Counted from the first letter of the stretch, positions 51,101 through 63,900 are shown. The stretch is DNA of 64,000 bases from Gekko japonicus (GCF_001447785.1 NW_015175426.1:256575-320574); one strand, 5' to 3'. Made by a program: numbers and translations. Notes: a model not told the origin generated them from the letters alone.

Positions 51101-54100
51101 GGCGATGTTGCTGCCTTTGAAACTAAATTATTATAAGTTTAACATAACTATTTTCCATGCAGCTTCAGGTGGAGTTTTATTGATTACGGTTTATTCCAGG
51201 ATATTATGAAGGTAATTAAGAATTTACAATGCTGAGCTGGATTTAAGAAGCTGACACCTTTAAATATTGGATTACATCTGAGGAAGACTATAAAGTCGAA
51301 ATGAGTTCACAACCGGGTACTCATTATGTTGGACTATGTGTACTTTTTTGCAATATTGTATAAGTAAGAAGGTTGGATAAATTGTCGCACTTTTAGAAGG
51401 TTTTAGAAAAGCAATGTAAATCTTATAAATGTTGTTCATATCACAGAGTTTGCTTGTGGTTTTTTTCCTGTGGATATCTGTGATCCCTTTTTGTTTTGTT
51501 TTGTGCCTTTGAAACCCGGCTGATGGGAAATCCCACCAAGAATCAATCTGATACTCGTGGCCTCCAAGTATGACCACCGAGTGTGACTGCAGTGTCCAGA
51601 ACTGTCCTGTCCTGCCCAAGCCCAGCAGAAGCGATCCCAGGGCTCTCTGCCCTCCCTCTCCTTCTCTCACAAGTCCCCCATCATCCAGTCCATCTACTGG
51701 GACAAGCATCCCTTCCCCTCAGGGGTCATTTTGTAGAAAAAGAGCTAGGGGAACTCATTAGCATAACTCATTAGCATANNNNNNNNNNNNNNNNNNNNNN
51801 NNNNNNNTCATTATGTTGGACTATGTGTACTTTTTTGCAATATTGTATAAGTAAGAATGTTGGATAAATTGTTGCACTTTTATAAAGTTTTAGAAAAGCA
51901 ATGTAAATCTTTGAAATGTTGTTCATATCACAGAGTTTGCTTGTGGTTTTTTCCTGTGGATGTCTGTGATCCCTTTTGTTTTGTTTTGTGCCTTTGAAAC
52001 CCGGCTGATGGGAAATCCCTCTCCTTCTCTCACTAGTCCCGCATCATCCAGTCCATCTACTGGGACAGGCATCCCTTCCCCTCTTCTCTGTGCCCTTTCT
52101 GACTACAGGAGATGGGCTTGTGAATTCTCTCACAAGGGCTTTTCCATTTAGAAGGAAGCCAAAGGTTGAGGTCAAGCCAGATCCGATCCAGCCTTCTGTT
52201 CCAACCCTAGGATTCAGGCAGACACCCCCCTCCCCGGGCAAAGCTGTCCCTCTCATATTTAGAAGTGTGCTACAACGGAAAGGCTGCAAAGAGGCTTTGT
52301 CTGCACCCTGAAACGTATGCCGCTTTCTAGTCTCCTGCACGTTCCACTCTTTTCCTGAACACACACACACACACACCTTGTTGTGAAGTTGCGTCCATTC
52401 TGAGTCAGGCACCAGCTGGAACCCAGCGGGCGGGAGGTAGATGGTCTCCGGCACCAGGGTCCCACTGGAGGAGGCAATTGATATTGTCTCAGGGCTGGGG
52501 GAGCGTCTGCGTCGGATCGGGGGGCCCGGGCTTGGTACCAGCAGGGACGAAGAGGCGATGGAGACACTGTCGAGGCCAGAGGCAAATTTCTCAGCCACGC
52601 CTCCCCCCTCCAAGGTCCCGTGGTCGTCTCCCAGTCCGTCAGGGGGTCCTGAGTCAGCGAGTAGGGATTCCGATGAGCTAAAGAGGCCGCCCTGACAGCA
52701 AACAAGCCATGAATTAATAAGGGCCCGTCACAGAAATTCTCAAAATGCCAAAGCAGCCTGGCTGGGGTGAGAGTACAACTGCTTGTTGTTGGCAGGAAAA
52801 CCTGTTGCCCCAGCCCTGTAATTTCGGGGGCCAAAGAGAAGGTCCAAAATTACACGAACTGGAGAACTTCTAATTGGAAACACTCAACCGGTTTTCACAA
52901 ATGATTCACCCAACAGGATTTTACCAGAATAGCAGCCGTCGCTTAAGACTTTAATTCGTCCTGCCACTATTCTGGCACCCGTCAGTCAAGTTCATGTCAC
53001 TGGCTAATTCACACGCTGACGTTCTACTGGCTTAGAGATTTTTTAAAAACCCTACAACATCCCTAGCTTTCCAAAGGCACGTATCGAAATACCAATTTAT
53101 TTGGGAATGACCAGTCCCCATGAGCGCTTTTGGCAGAGATCCTCCCTTTTCCTGACTGCACTCTCCCCCCACCCAGGCAGCTCTGGCATTTGATATCCTC
53201 TTTCCATTTCCTCCCCAGCTCACCTGCTCGCTCTGCAGGTCCCGAACCAGCCCCTCCGCCCTGACCAGCTTCCCCTTCAGCTCTTCGATTTCCTGCTCCA
53301 TCGGCAGCACAATGGCCCGGAGGCGCTCCGTGTCTTCCTGTGCCTGCAGGGAGAGAGGAAACACACCAGTCAGAGGCCCACCTAGAGGCTCTCTCCCTCC
53401 CCGACTGGACTGGAAAGGGGTCCGCGGCTGCTCCCAGGTCACCTTTTCCATCTGTTTCTCCAAGGAGTCCGACGGGCTGCTCCGTGGCAGGAGGCGGCTC
53501 CACACATTCTCCCGACTGTCGCGTTCTAGAGCCGAAAGACGCGCCTCGTAACTAGAGATGGTGTCTGTAGAAAAAGAACCCTTGTGTTGACGTGTACACA
53601 AAGCCAGCTTGACCCTGGGGTCCTACCCGGCCCAGCCACCCACCCCGGTTCTCAGAGGTAACATTGGAGAGCCTGAACAGAACCTGGGTTTTTAAAGTCA
53701 GCGTCCTTCTGAATGCATGTATGGGGGGGGGGGTGTAAGCTGTATCAGAGGGAGGCTTTGGCCAACAGAACCCTGCTTAAGCATCTTCCCGTCGGCCACT
53801 TGGAGAGACAGGGTGTTGGACTAGATACCTTTTTGGTCTGATCCAGCAGGGCTCTTCTTTTGTGCTCAAGTATGCCCAGCCCGTTCCTTCCCCCTCCCGC
53901 TTGACACCTGGGTCTCTCACCTTTCAGAATAGCCTGCAGTGAGGCCACCTCTTCTTGGCACTGGCGCTGGACAGCTTCCACAGCCTCATGCTTGGTGCTC
54001 TCACTCACAGCAGCCACAGCCCGGACGGTTTCCACCTCAGCCACTGCAGCTGCCAACTGGACCCGCAGGTTTTGGATCGTCTCCTCAGGGTCGGGGTCTC

Positions 54101-54460
54101 TGGGGAGGTCTGGGCCAGGGGGAGCGCCCACCTCCTGCACCTGCTGAGGCTCTTGCAGTGGGGGGGGGAATGGGGGGAGTTATAACTGGGTCTGACTCTG
54201 AACCTAGGACCTCGAAGTTCCCCCCTTCCCGCCCATCCTGAACCTCTGATCCTAGAATCCCTCTGACCTTTAACCCCAAAGTGATCCAACAGCTTGAACT
54301 GGGACAAACACCCTACCCGTGACCTCTGACCTCCCCCATTATCTGTGACGTCAACCACAGCGCTGCTCTAAGGGGGGCCCCAAGGGCGTGGCTTCCCGTC
54401 GTCCCGCCCCCGCTCCCTGCCCATGACGAGCGGGGGGGGGGCTCGCGCGTACCTTCCCAT
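42148..54460 (-). CDS. RABEP2: Rab GTPase-binding effector protein 2 (rabaptin-5 beta). Exons: 54460-54453 (tentative), about 54099 (or 54151)-53921, 53564-53443, 53343-53224, 52691-52377, 50389-50294, 50174-50076, 48102-47971, 47859-47682, 47078-47067, 46955-46885, terminal 42210-42148 (tentative)
   Basis: [30 protein letters not shown]|DTISSYE; DSLEKQMEK|[23 protein letters not shown]; [23 protein letters not shown]; [13 protein letters not shown] all match RABEP2 as remembered. First and last exons are less certain. Confidence 0.88.
42795..43654 (+). mobile_element. L2-clade LINE reverse transcriptase fragment ending at an assembly gap
   Basis: [74 protein letters not shown]; +1 frameshift in a C-run near 43238; CpG retained. 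L2 3' tails at about 44160-44370 and 56810-57210; older L2 at about 11130-11620 and 28630-29330 (-). Confidence 0.88.
44598..45718 (+). repeat. Tandem duplication, 2 x about 560 bp
   Basis: 44598-45157 and 45158-45718 nearly identical (ORFs 44963 and 45524 share the same N-terminal translation). Confidence 0.9.
46283..46465. mobile_element. Palindromic MITE related to the 1498-1893 family
   Basis: GGGGCTCTTTTTGTAGCAGG...CCTGCTACAAAAAGAGCCCC; almost entirely self-complementary. Confidence 0.75.
46547..46760 (+). mobile_element. 5S rRNA-derived SINE (SINE3 type)
   Basis: GCCTGATCTTGTCAGATCTCGGAAGCTAAGCAGGGTCG...GTACTTGGATGGGAGA...GGAATACC 5S-like head plus a non-5S tail shared with other copies. 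Confidence 0.75.
47067..47078 (-). CDS. RABEP2: RABEP2 12-nt microexon (ELLQ)
   Basis: ggaag|AACTCTTGCAAG|gtagga, phase 1-1; gives EEK-ELLQ-ASFNSIQ, aligning with human EET-EVLE-ASLCSL. Confidence 0.7.
48590..49145 (-). mobile_element. CR1 LINE 3' fragment inserted within a SINE
   Basis: [44 protein letters not shown]; ends in the CR1 ATTCTATG-type tail. Confidence 0.88.
49615..49805 (+). mobile_element. tRNA-derived SINE (other copies at about 9685-9880, 23975-24175, 50470-50670, 57215-57315)
   Basis: GTGGCTCAG...GCAGAAGGTCCCTGGTTCAATCC A/B boxes followed by a shared non-tRNA body. Confidence 0.65.
51321..52083 (+). repeat. Duplicated sequence flanking an assembly gap (probable two haplotypes)
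   Basis: 51321-51720 repeated at 51808-52083 with SNPs and a 122-bp deletion. Confidence 0.8.
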
Positions 54461-54800
54461 CCCGCGGAGGCTTCTGCCGCTGTTGCCGCTCCGGAGGCCG
54501 AGTGGAGTCGGAATCGCCCGAGCGGAACCGGAAATAGCCGAGTAAACACGAGAACAATCGGTCACCAAAAAAAAAAAAGTCCGCAGTGTGGGGTTTGGAC
54601 GGAAATGTCCGAGTGCCGCTGAAGGGGCAATGCCTTTCCACCAATTCGCTCTTTTCTAAGACGGCTGCCGGACGTCTCGGAAATTTCCGAACGCTTCCGA
54701 AAAGAGCCGAGCTGAAGCCGGACGTGGCCGAGGGGTGGGGGACCTGGGGATTTCCGAAGTGGCGTTTGTGTTAGTCTTTAGTAAGCGGCTGGGTGGAGTG
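54330..54800 (-). promoter_or_regulatory. RABEP2 CpG-island promoter
   Basis: CpG-dense; CRE TGACGTCA 54346-54353; several CGGAA/TTCCG ETS cores; donor AG|GTACGC at 54453. Confidence 0.7.
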
Positions 54801-55314
54801 AAAGTTTCGGGAGCTCATCCCCCCTGAGAGCTCTAAACGCCTTTGAGTTGGAGGCACCTGAAGGGCCGCCCACATTTGGTCTAAAAAACAATTCCTTTGT
54901 ACTCAGTGTTATTTGTGAACCGCCTTTCAAACAAGGTTCGCAAAGTGACACCAACCTTTCTTTACGGCAAACCGGTGCAGGGAATAAGGCATCCAGTTCT
55001 GGTCACAGGCATTCCCTGAAAACTTTATTTTCAGCCCCGGAACTTGGTCTTCAACCATAAAACTTGGTTTTCAACCATAAAACTTGGTTTTCAACATAAA
55101 AAAGACGAATGTGGCCTTTGAGCATGAGCAGAGTGTGCGGCTCTAGAGCTGAGGAGCTACCACAGACCGACACCGCCCCCCTCTTCTCCCCGCCCGGCCA
55201 TCGACCAGCGACTCACTCCCCAAGGCTTTCGGTCGGCTGGATCCAGCCAGTTTTCCAGCTAGAAAAAGGGGGAAGGTGTCCACCAAAAAAGATAGGGAAA
55301 AAGACTGTGCTGGG

Positions 55315-55520
55315 CAATGCTCCCTCTAAGCTATGGAGTCTTATGAGCAAACATTCTACTCTGTGAGCTACTGGCATTAAAGTTGTGAGCGAGCGATTTG
55401 GCTACTGCATAAATTAGTTTGCACTGGAGCCATCCTTCCTGGGCTAAGGCAAAAATGTATGAGCCAGAGGCTAAAAAACTGTGAGCTAGCTCACATTAAC
55501 TCACCTTAGAGGGAACACTG
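55315..55520 (+). mobile_element. hAT-type MITE, same family as 3828-4033
   Basis: Same TIRs and body; exact 8-bp TSD GTGCTGGG at 55307-55314 and 55521-55528. Partial third copy at about 44050-44120. Confidence 0.85.
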
Positions 55521-56076
55521 GTGCTGGGGGGTGCATGGGCCACCACCATGTGGGATGAGGGCTGTAATAAGGAGGCAAATTGGGTGGGGAAACAGGCTGG
55601 ATCCAGCCCCATGGTAGCACTGCACAAGTCTGCAATGCAGACTATTTAAGACTGCCCTGTCTGTCATTCAGCACTTTTTATTAGTGCCAGGGAGGTGGCT
55701 GGTTGGGGAAAGGATTCGGATGGGAGTGTGTCTGATACAAGAACAGAAAGCAGGAAAGAGGTTAAGGGAGGTCAGAGCATTTGGAATCATCTTGATGATT
55801 TAGGTTTTAAAAAAATGCTGTCAAGTTTTTCCGGCGGTTACAAGACGAATAAAAACATAACAGTATTGTTACATTAGCTGCAGTGTTGTGTTTTGAATTG
55901 TTTTTTGAAATGCTGGATGAGAGTATTTATCAATGGAGAAATCGGATACACATACTGAACCCTAAACACAGGAACAAATTGAGGTCCCTTCCATATAAGC
56001 CTTTACCAGAAAACAGAGACTAGTTCTTGCAGGGTCAGTTAAATCTACACACCCAAGCACACATGACAGTGAGTGT

Positions 56077-56818
56077 TTTCTCCCCCACACACCTTGCCCC
56101 AGTCTGATTTCTTCTAAAGTAGCATTCAATACAACTTATGGTTTTAAAATACAATTAGGCCTACATAAGCCCCAGACAAATAAAATGAAATACCAGTTAC
56201 TCGTACTGTAGCAATAAAGTAGCCACGCAGCATTAGCAATAAAAAGCAGATATTTTAGAAGTCAATAAAAGGAACAGCAGCTGAAGAAAAATCTTCTCAA
56301 GAGATCAATTTATTGGAACAGAGTGGTTTTAACATCTCCAGAAGGCCAAGAACAAGGGATCAAGATAGATTAAAAGGGGGAGGCCCATGGCCAAAAAATC
56401 TCCAGTCATGGTGGCATAGAGGGCGGGGGCAGAGCAGGGGCTTTCTCCCCCACACACCTTGCCCCAGTCTGATTTCTTCTAAAGTAGCATTCAATACAAC
56501 TTATGGTTTTAAAATACAATTAGGCCTACAGAGATGAATGTATAAGCCCCAGACAAACAAAATGAAATACCAGTTACTCGTACTAGCAATAAAGTAGCCA
56601 CGCAGCATTAGCAATAAAAAGCAGATATTTTAGAAGTCAATAAAAAGAACAGCAGCTGAAGAAAAATCTTCTCAAGAGATCAATTTATTGGAACAGAATG
56701 GTTTTAACATCTCCAGAAGGCCAAGAACAAGGGATCAAGATAGATTAAAAAGGGGAGGCCCATGGCCAAAAAATCTCCAGCCATGGTGGCATAGAGGGCG
56801 GGGGCAGAGCAGGGGCTT
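56077..56818 (+). repeat. Tandem duplication, 2 x about 370 bp
   Basis: 56077-56441 and 56442-56818 nearly identical with small indels. Confidence 0.9.
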
Positions 56819-57754
56819 GGCGGCTCCTACCTGGTGAAATGAGCTTCCTGAGGAGATCAGGGCCCTGCGGGACCTTGTGCAGTTCCGCAGGGCCTGCAAG
56901 ACGGAGCTCTTCCGCCAGGCTTATGAATAGGAGCCGCCACGGCCACTTACACCACCGCGCCTTTATAGAGAGAGATCACTGGGGGGGTTGGGTAACATCT
57001 TTCCACCACCCCAGCCTTCCCTCCTGCTACGCAAGATGTTAGGAGTCTATTGTGCATCCGTCGAATTGATGTTAATCTGTTTTAAATTTGTATTCTGTAT
57101 TCTGTAATTTTGTATACTGAACGCACTTGGTGCCCTATGTGAGCCGCCCTGAGCCCATTCGCGGGGAGGGCGGGGTATAAATGTAATAAAATAATAATAA
57201 ATAAATAAATAAGAAGGTCAAAGGTTCAGTCCGTGGTATCTCCGGTTAAAAGGATCAGGTAGTAGGTGATCTGATAATACTGACCTTGATGGACCAATGG
57301 TCTGATTCAGTATAAAAATACTACCTATGTACATATGCTTGGAGTGGTCAACTGGCTTGAGCTGGCCCTACCAAAGCTTGTTTATGGGTGCCCCAGTGTT
57401 CAAATCCCAGTTCTGGCTACATTTGTAGCGTGAATCAAACAAGGGACTAAGAACTCTAGATGAGGAACTGAAAACCAACTTTGCCCCCAGTTAGGTAATC
57501 TGGGATTTTCTAAGTCCAGCCCAAAACCTCAGCCACTTTTTGAGTGGCTGGTGTCGTTCCATGAGAATTTATGAGTGATGGGATTCTGGTCCATTTGGCT
57601 CTGCTGCTTTTACGCTTAGCTTTGGGGATTAGTCAACAATATACACAGAAGCTCCCACACCCAAGCCCCCTTGTAGCCCACTGCTGCATTAACAGAGATT
57701 GTGATTTACTGCTGCTGTAAACAGAGGAACATACGAAGATTGTGAGCAGGTGCA

Positions 57755-57760
57755 TTTATT
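57755..57760 (-). terminator. Polyadenylation signal of the I-domain/coiled-coil gene
   Basis: AATAAA (minus) about 160 nt after TGA at 57921. Confidence 0.65.
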
Positions 57761-57920
57761 GGCATCACGGGCACATCAGCATTCGGTCAAAAACTAGATC
57801 AAGAATAGCATATGAGAGGACTCCCGTATGCCTCCTCCTTCCATCCAGACCGACTTTAAGCTTTCCTTCCCACCAGTCACTTCCTGCTGCAGATCATGTT
57901 ACCAGCACCCACCGCCTGGC

Positions 57921-60900
57921 TCAGGACAAGAGATGGGAATCCCGCCCACATTTCCCCTGCCTGATGGCCAGCGAGTCCAGCTTGGCACTGATCGCATCCA
58001 GGCCGCTCAACACTCGCTCCAGTTTCTGCAGCACCTGCGGGTCAGTGTGTGCAGCGCAGGTATCGGGTGACTGCGGCGGAATGATTGGCTGTGGCACAGC
58101 TGGGCCTAAAAAGGGCACAGAGCAAAAACTTGCATCAGAGCAATCCCGTCCTCAGTCCGCTAAAACCTCCTGGAGCTCAGTGAGCCAAAATCAGAAGTGC
58201 CAGAAAGTTGGAACTACTTTCATTGGATGCCCACAGGTGCTCGTGTTAGGGTGTCATCAAAAGGATCGGACAGGTGGACCGCCTTCCTTTTTGAAGAAAG
58301 GCTGGAGCACTTGGGGCTTTGCTCTTAACTAAGGGGGATGGGGACATGATAGACGTTTACAAAAAAAGATATATTCAGGAGGTAGCCATGGTGGTCTTCA
58401 GTGGAGCAACTAGAGTCTGGTAGCACCCTGGAGACCAACAAGGTTTTCGGGGTCTAAGCTTTCATGGTCTGGTTTGGTTTTTTTTACATTTTTGTGTCTC
58501 GCTCTCTGTGCGTGTGTGCGCACCTTTACCTAGAAGTCATGACAACCTCTGGCAACTCCTACTGGGGCATGGAGGATATTCGGAGAAGTAGCTCGATCGC
58601 CTGCCTCTGGCCTCCTGGCCCTGGTCTTGCTTGGAGGCCTCCCTTCCAAATACTTGCCAGAGTCAGCCCTGCTTAGTTTCCTAGATCTGACAAGATCGAG
58701 CTTGCCTGGGCTATCCAGGTCAGGGTAGGGTCTAAGCTTTCAAGAGTCGAAGTTCCCTTCATCAGTTTCTAACGAAGGGAGCTTTGACTCTGGAAAGTGT
58801 ATACTCGACAAATCTTGTTGGTCTCTAAAGGGCTATTGGACTCAAATCTAGCTGTAAAAGGATGGATGCAGGGGAGAAAGATGGACATGGTGGACAGAGA
58901 GAACTTTTTTCTCCCGTTCTCATAATCTGAACACAGGGTCACTAGATGAAATGGACAGGTGGTAGATTCAGGAGAGACAAAAATGAATTACTGTTTGACA
59001 TTTCTACCCTGCTTCTCTCCCCAGTAGGGTCCCAAAAGCAGTTTACAATGTTATTTTCCCCTCCTTCAATTTATTCTCACACCAGCCTGTAAGGATTCAA
59101 AACTGGGTCTCCCAAGTCTCATATTCCACCCACTATATCACACTAGTTGTCTCTCAAAAGGAAGTACACAAGTACAATCAATGTACATAAATCACTGCCA
59201 CTCGATGAGATGAATGCTACATGGTGAATGCTCCAAGCAGGGCACCAAACACCTGCCTCTTAATTACAGGAAATCCTGTTCAGTTCACCACCCCTGGGCT
59301 TCTGCTGTTTCACCAGGCGGGGATAGATCACAATACTCCACTGGCTATTGTTGCTGCTGAAAACTTCTATTGGGGAGGGGGGGGGAGGACCTATAAAAAG
59401 GCATTAAAAAGCTGCCCATTTCTGACAGAGAATTTCCCACTGTCCCCCTCTTCCCAGTCTCCTCCCCCAAAGTCACCGTACCACGTCTGGAACAAATCTT
59501 CTCTCGCAGCTGGTGGGGGGTGTTCCCCAAGTCTGTGAAGTGTCTCACGTGGAACATGTGCTCTGTGGCAGGAGCTGAAGCAATGGCCTGGAGCTCCTGT
59601 TGCGCAGTTGTGCTGAGGAAGCCCAAACCGACCTTCCCAGGAGAAAACACAATCAATAAGGGCCACCAAACCTTGCCTTCAAGAGCTACAGGGGTGGGGG
59701 TAGGCTTGGAAGAAGCGACAGAAAAATCCAGCAGACTTGCCTAGGTGTCTCTCTGGAAGCACCATTCAAGGTGGGCAGCACGGAGTCCCAGCCCAAGTGC
59801 GCCAACACACATGGCTCTTGTAATTGGTGTGTTATGAGCAGGGCTATTTTTGGGCAGGAACGCACAGGAACGGAGTTCCGGCTGGCTCCCGAGTTGGCCA
59901 CGCCCAGCAGGAACTCATTAGCATAATAGGCCACACCCAACAGGAGAAACTCATTAGGATTGGCTACATTAGGGGTTTGTGGCCTAACATGCAAAGAAGT
60001 TCCTGCTACAAAAAAAGCCCTGGGTTTTGACCACAAACAAGGTAAACAGAATTACAAGCAAAAGGTGGGTGTGGCTGGATAACCACACTTCTGGTAACAT
60101 GGGGGTGCGGCCTAATGTGCTAATGAGCTGTGCTGGTAGGGGTGTGGCCTAATATGCTGATGAGTTTCTGCTGTTGGGTGTGGCCTATTATGCTAGGCTT
60201 TTCCTGCTGGGCTTTTCCTACAAAAAGAGCCCTGTTTGCAACTATTCTCCAGGTTACAGAGATCAGTTCTCCCGGAGAAAATGATTGCGTTGGAAGACGG
60301 ACTCTATGGCATTTACAGCTATTCTCCAGGTTACAGAGATCAGTTCTCCCAGAGAAAATTATTGCTTTGGAAGACGGACTCTATGACATTATACCTCAAC
60401 AGAGGTCCCTCCCCAGGCTCTACCTCCCAACTTTCCAGGTATTCCCCAACCCAGATCTGGAAATCCTAGCAGAAACTGGAGGTTACACATCAGCGTCTCC
60501 CACACAGAGGAGATGTGAGTCTTCAACAGGACACATCTAGGGGCACACAGAGGCCAAAGCTTCAAATCTGAGCACAGGCACCCTGCGGGAAGTATATAGG
60601 ATGCTCTTATCACACAACAAAGGAAGGAGCTGATGTTAGTACAGGGTAGACTCATGTTATTGCCAGGTCCCCCCTGGCCACCACTGGGATGGGAATGTGG
60701 GGTTTCCAGATCCAGGTTGGGAGACTCCTGGAGATTTGGGGATGGAGCCTGGGGAGGACAGAGGCCTCAGTGGGGTACAGTGCCATAGAGTCCACCCTCC
60801 AGAGCCTCCATTTCCTCCGGGGGAACTGATCTCTGTACTCTGGAGATGCGCACAATTCCAGGGGATTCCCCAGGTCCCACCTGGAGGGTGGCATCCCTTG

Positions 60901-63900
60901 TCATCACTTTTCATCATTTATACAGCACTTCTAGAGTTCTTGGCTAGGCTTTGTTTGATGAGGTGGGCAAGTAATTGGTCCTGTTTTACAGACAGGGAAT
61001 CAAGGAACTCTCACGACAACTAAAGCTGCCCAGTCATTATGGGGCAGAGATGGGATCTGAGCGAACGTCTCAAGCCTGTCCAGTTCTGGCTGTACGGACC
61101 AGAGGCAGATGAGCAGACTGCAGAGCCACAGCTGAAGGAACAGCAGCAATCCACTGGAGGCACAGTCCCGCCCACCCCAAATCTGGTTGACTTTGGGGCG
61201 AGGAAGAAAAATATCTCCAGGATGGCTCTGCCTGCGCAAGCTCCTTAAAACAGAGGTCCCCAATGCATGGTGCTCGTAGGCACTATGGTGCCCACCAGCA
61301 CCTTTTCTGGCTCCCGCCCAGTGATTTTAGGAAGTGGGTGGGGCCAGGTAGGGCTTTTGCCCAGCAAGGCTTCTGACTGGCTACTGGAGATTTGATTGGC
61401 TGTGCTGATCTGTTAAAATGTTGCTTTGGCAACAGCGGCCACCACAGCACAAGGACCTGCACTGCGTGACGGAAGGTAAGCTGTGGCAATCGTTCTGTGG
61501 TTGGCTTCGCTTCGTGCGGCAGCCATTTTGTGGCAGCCATTTTATTGCCGTGCCCACCATGTCATGACCCACCAAATTCGCAGGCTTGAAAAGGTTGGGA
61601 CCCCTGCCTTACAGCAGCATTCTAAGACAGTTGTCTTCAACTCATGGATTGGACCCTCAGGTCCCTGACTGCTCAAGATCCTAAGTAGCCACCACTTCTT
61701 TTTTCTTGGGGGGGGGAAGTACTTGTGTGTGTGTGTGTGTGTGTGCACGCATGTGCTTACGAGCCTGGCAACCCCTAGTAGGGCTTGGACATTTCAGAGA
61801 GGTAGCCACCATTTTTTACTTTCTCTTGGATGGACCTACTGCTGGTGAACACCCATAGATAGCAAAGCCATACCTCCTGCCTCTCTCTGCACACGTACAG
61901 AGAGTAGCCGGATGGCACAGCCAAGTTGTTCAGTGTGGATTCTTCCAGGCTCTGACTCTTTTGGCTGGTTTCTCACTACAGGGCACTTCCCAGTGCCTGC
62001 CTTGCATTTTCTGTCCTAGGCTGTCTTGGACCAATGCCTCCAGTCCTGGCTTTGATACTGGTGAGACTGCAACTACGGCTCATTCTGTTCCTCTCAGGCG
62101 ACAGTGTCACAAGCCTTCTTGAAGCATGTTTGCAGATTAGTGGATCCCATATCAGGTCTGAAAGGACTGAAGACCACTGTTCTGGGATACCCGCACGCTT
62201 ATGTCTCTGTGTGGAGCCATCTTGGAGACTCTTCCCCCACATTGGCCCATTACGCATGCACATCTTACTGCAGATTTTCAGAGCAGTAAGCCTTTAAGCT
62301 TTACGTCAAATTCTGTGTCCACATTATGCACCATTCTTTTTCCTCTGGTGTATTTATTCCACAGCTACAATAAAAAAATATATACTTAGCTAAATTGAGG
62401 TGGAACCTCACTTGTGACATGTGTGGGGGAGTGTCCAAAGTTTTTTTTTAATTTATGCAATTGCCCTATCACAGCTGCTCAGTAGTGTTCAGCAAGCACC
62501 TTCCATTTAAATCCTCTCGGTTCAGGTTTTGCGCATGCATTTTATTGTTAGTTCGTTGAATGAAAGGGAACACAGAGGAAGGAAGGCAAAGGGAGGGAGG
62601 AGGCTGATGTTGAAACTGACAAGACTTTTTTTTTTTGAAACTGACAAGCAGCTGGGAAGCCCCATTTTTCATATTGTGGCGCAACAAGGGATTCTCTGCT
62701 GTGTTATCAGCCACTGTGAAAAACGGGAAGGAATCACACGACCTCATAATATGGGGGAACATGTTGAGTGTACATAATGCACAGTAGAACCCACTGACAC
62801 TGGCATTGCAAGCTGTGATAGTTGGCAATCGTGTATGTGTGTGTGTGTGTCTCTGTGTGTGCATGCCTGTGCAAAGTTGGCTGCAACTCCACCAAGTTTT
62901 TCACAGGGCTGCAATTTGCATGGGGGAGGAGTCCTCTGGCAGAAACTCTGGAAAGCTTTTTTAGTCTTGTGCCACTAAAGTGGGGGGGGGGATGGGGGGT
63001 AGCACAGCTGCATACTAACGCTGATTTCCTGCCCTACCTTGCAAGTTTGCGTGGTTTTCTCTTTGTGATTCTCTAATTTGATCCTGCACACTGGTCATGA
63101 TCTTGGCAGTTTTTTAAAAGCCTGCCCTGTGCAGATTGCATTCCTTCTCGATCCTAAGCGATTCTTAAGTTTGGTGGTTCATAGAAGGTCCATGTAACTC
63201 AGCCGCCATTTTAATGTTAGGCTTCCAGTTACTGCCAAAATGCCCCCCCCAAAAAACTTTGTTCACTAAAGCATTAAAGGGAATAATGTTTTCAAAGCTT
63301 TAGACTTTGCATCCCAGTGTCTCTTTCTCTTTACATCTCATGTCAATTTCATTCTGTGCTGAGGATCCCCCCTTTTATTTTGTTTGCAGGCAGCACTGAA
63401 ATCTTTTTTCTTTTTGCACTGGGGATACTGCCATTTGCTTCGATTCCAATCTCCCTTTCAAGTCAATACCCACAGGGAACTAAACTTTGTGCAGCTCCTT
63501 TTCAACTCCCCCCCCTCCAGTCAATTTAATTTTTTGTATTCAGCAATCCAAGACAACCCATAGTCTCCTATTGCTAGACTCATGCTGCTTGTTAAAAAAA
63601 AAGCAAAATTTAAAAATGAGGGTGAAATGGAACTTGTACACTGACAAAAGGGGGAGAATGGTGAAAGGTGCAGAATGGGCAGAATGACCTTGATGTGGGT
63701 GGGGGAGTGACCTTCAAGGGGTGGCAAAAGGGAGGAAAATCAATGCAGAACAACAAAGAAAACCCAACAGATGTGCACAGTGAAACTGACGGAAAACATC
63801 TGTGTATAATAGGCCTCTGTCTGTGTCCTCACTACAAGAAGCTGTAAAGGAAGTTAGGACCTCAAGGTAATGGATTCTAGACAAAATCTGCACCCCAAAT

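Noticed and set aside
59482-59632. Calling the gene a canonical ITGAM/ITGAX or a matrilin
   Set aside because: No downstream integrin exons were found, and the vWA sequence and intron positions are integrin-like rather than matrilin-like, so no symbol was assigned.
62021-62290. Apparent + strand mini-gene (ATG 62034, hydrophobic MPPVLALIL, GT/AG pair, donor near 62286)
   Set aside because: The implied intron (62061-62097) is only 37 nt, no recognisable homology, and it lies antisense inside another gene's intron.
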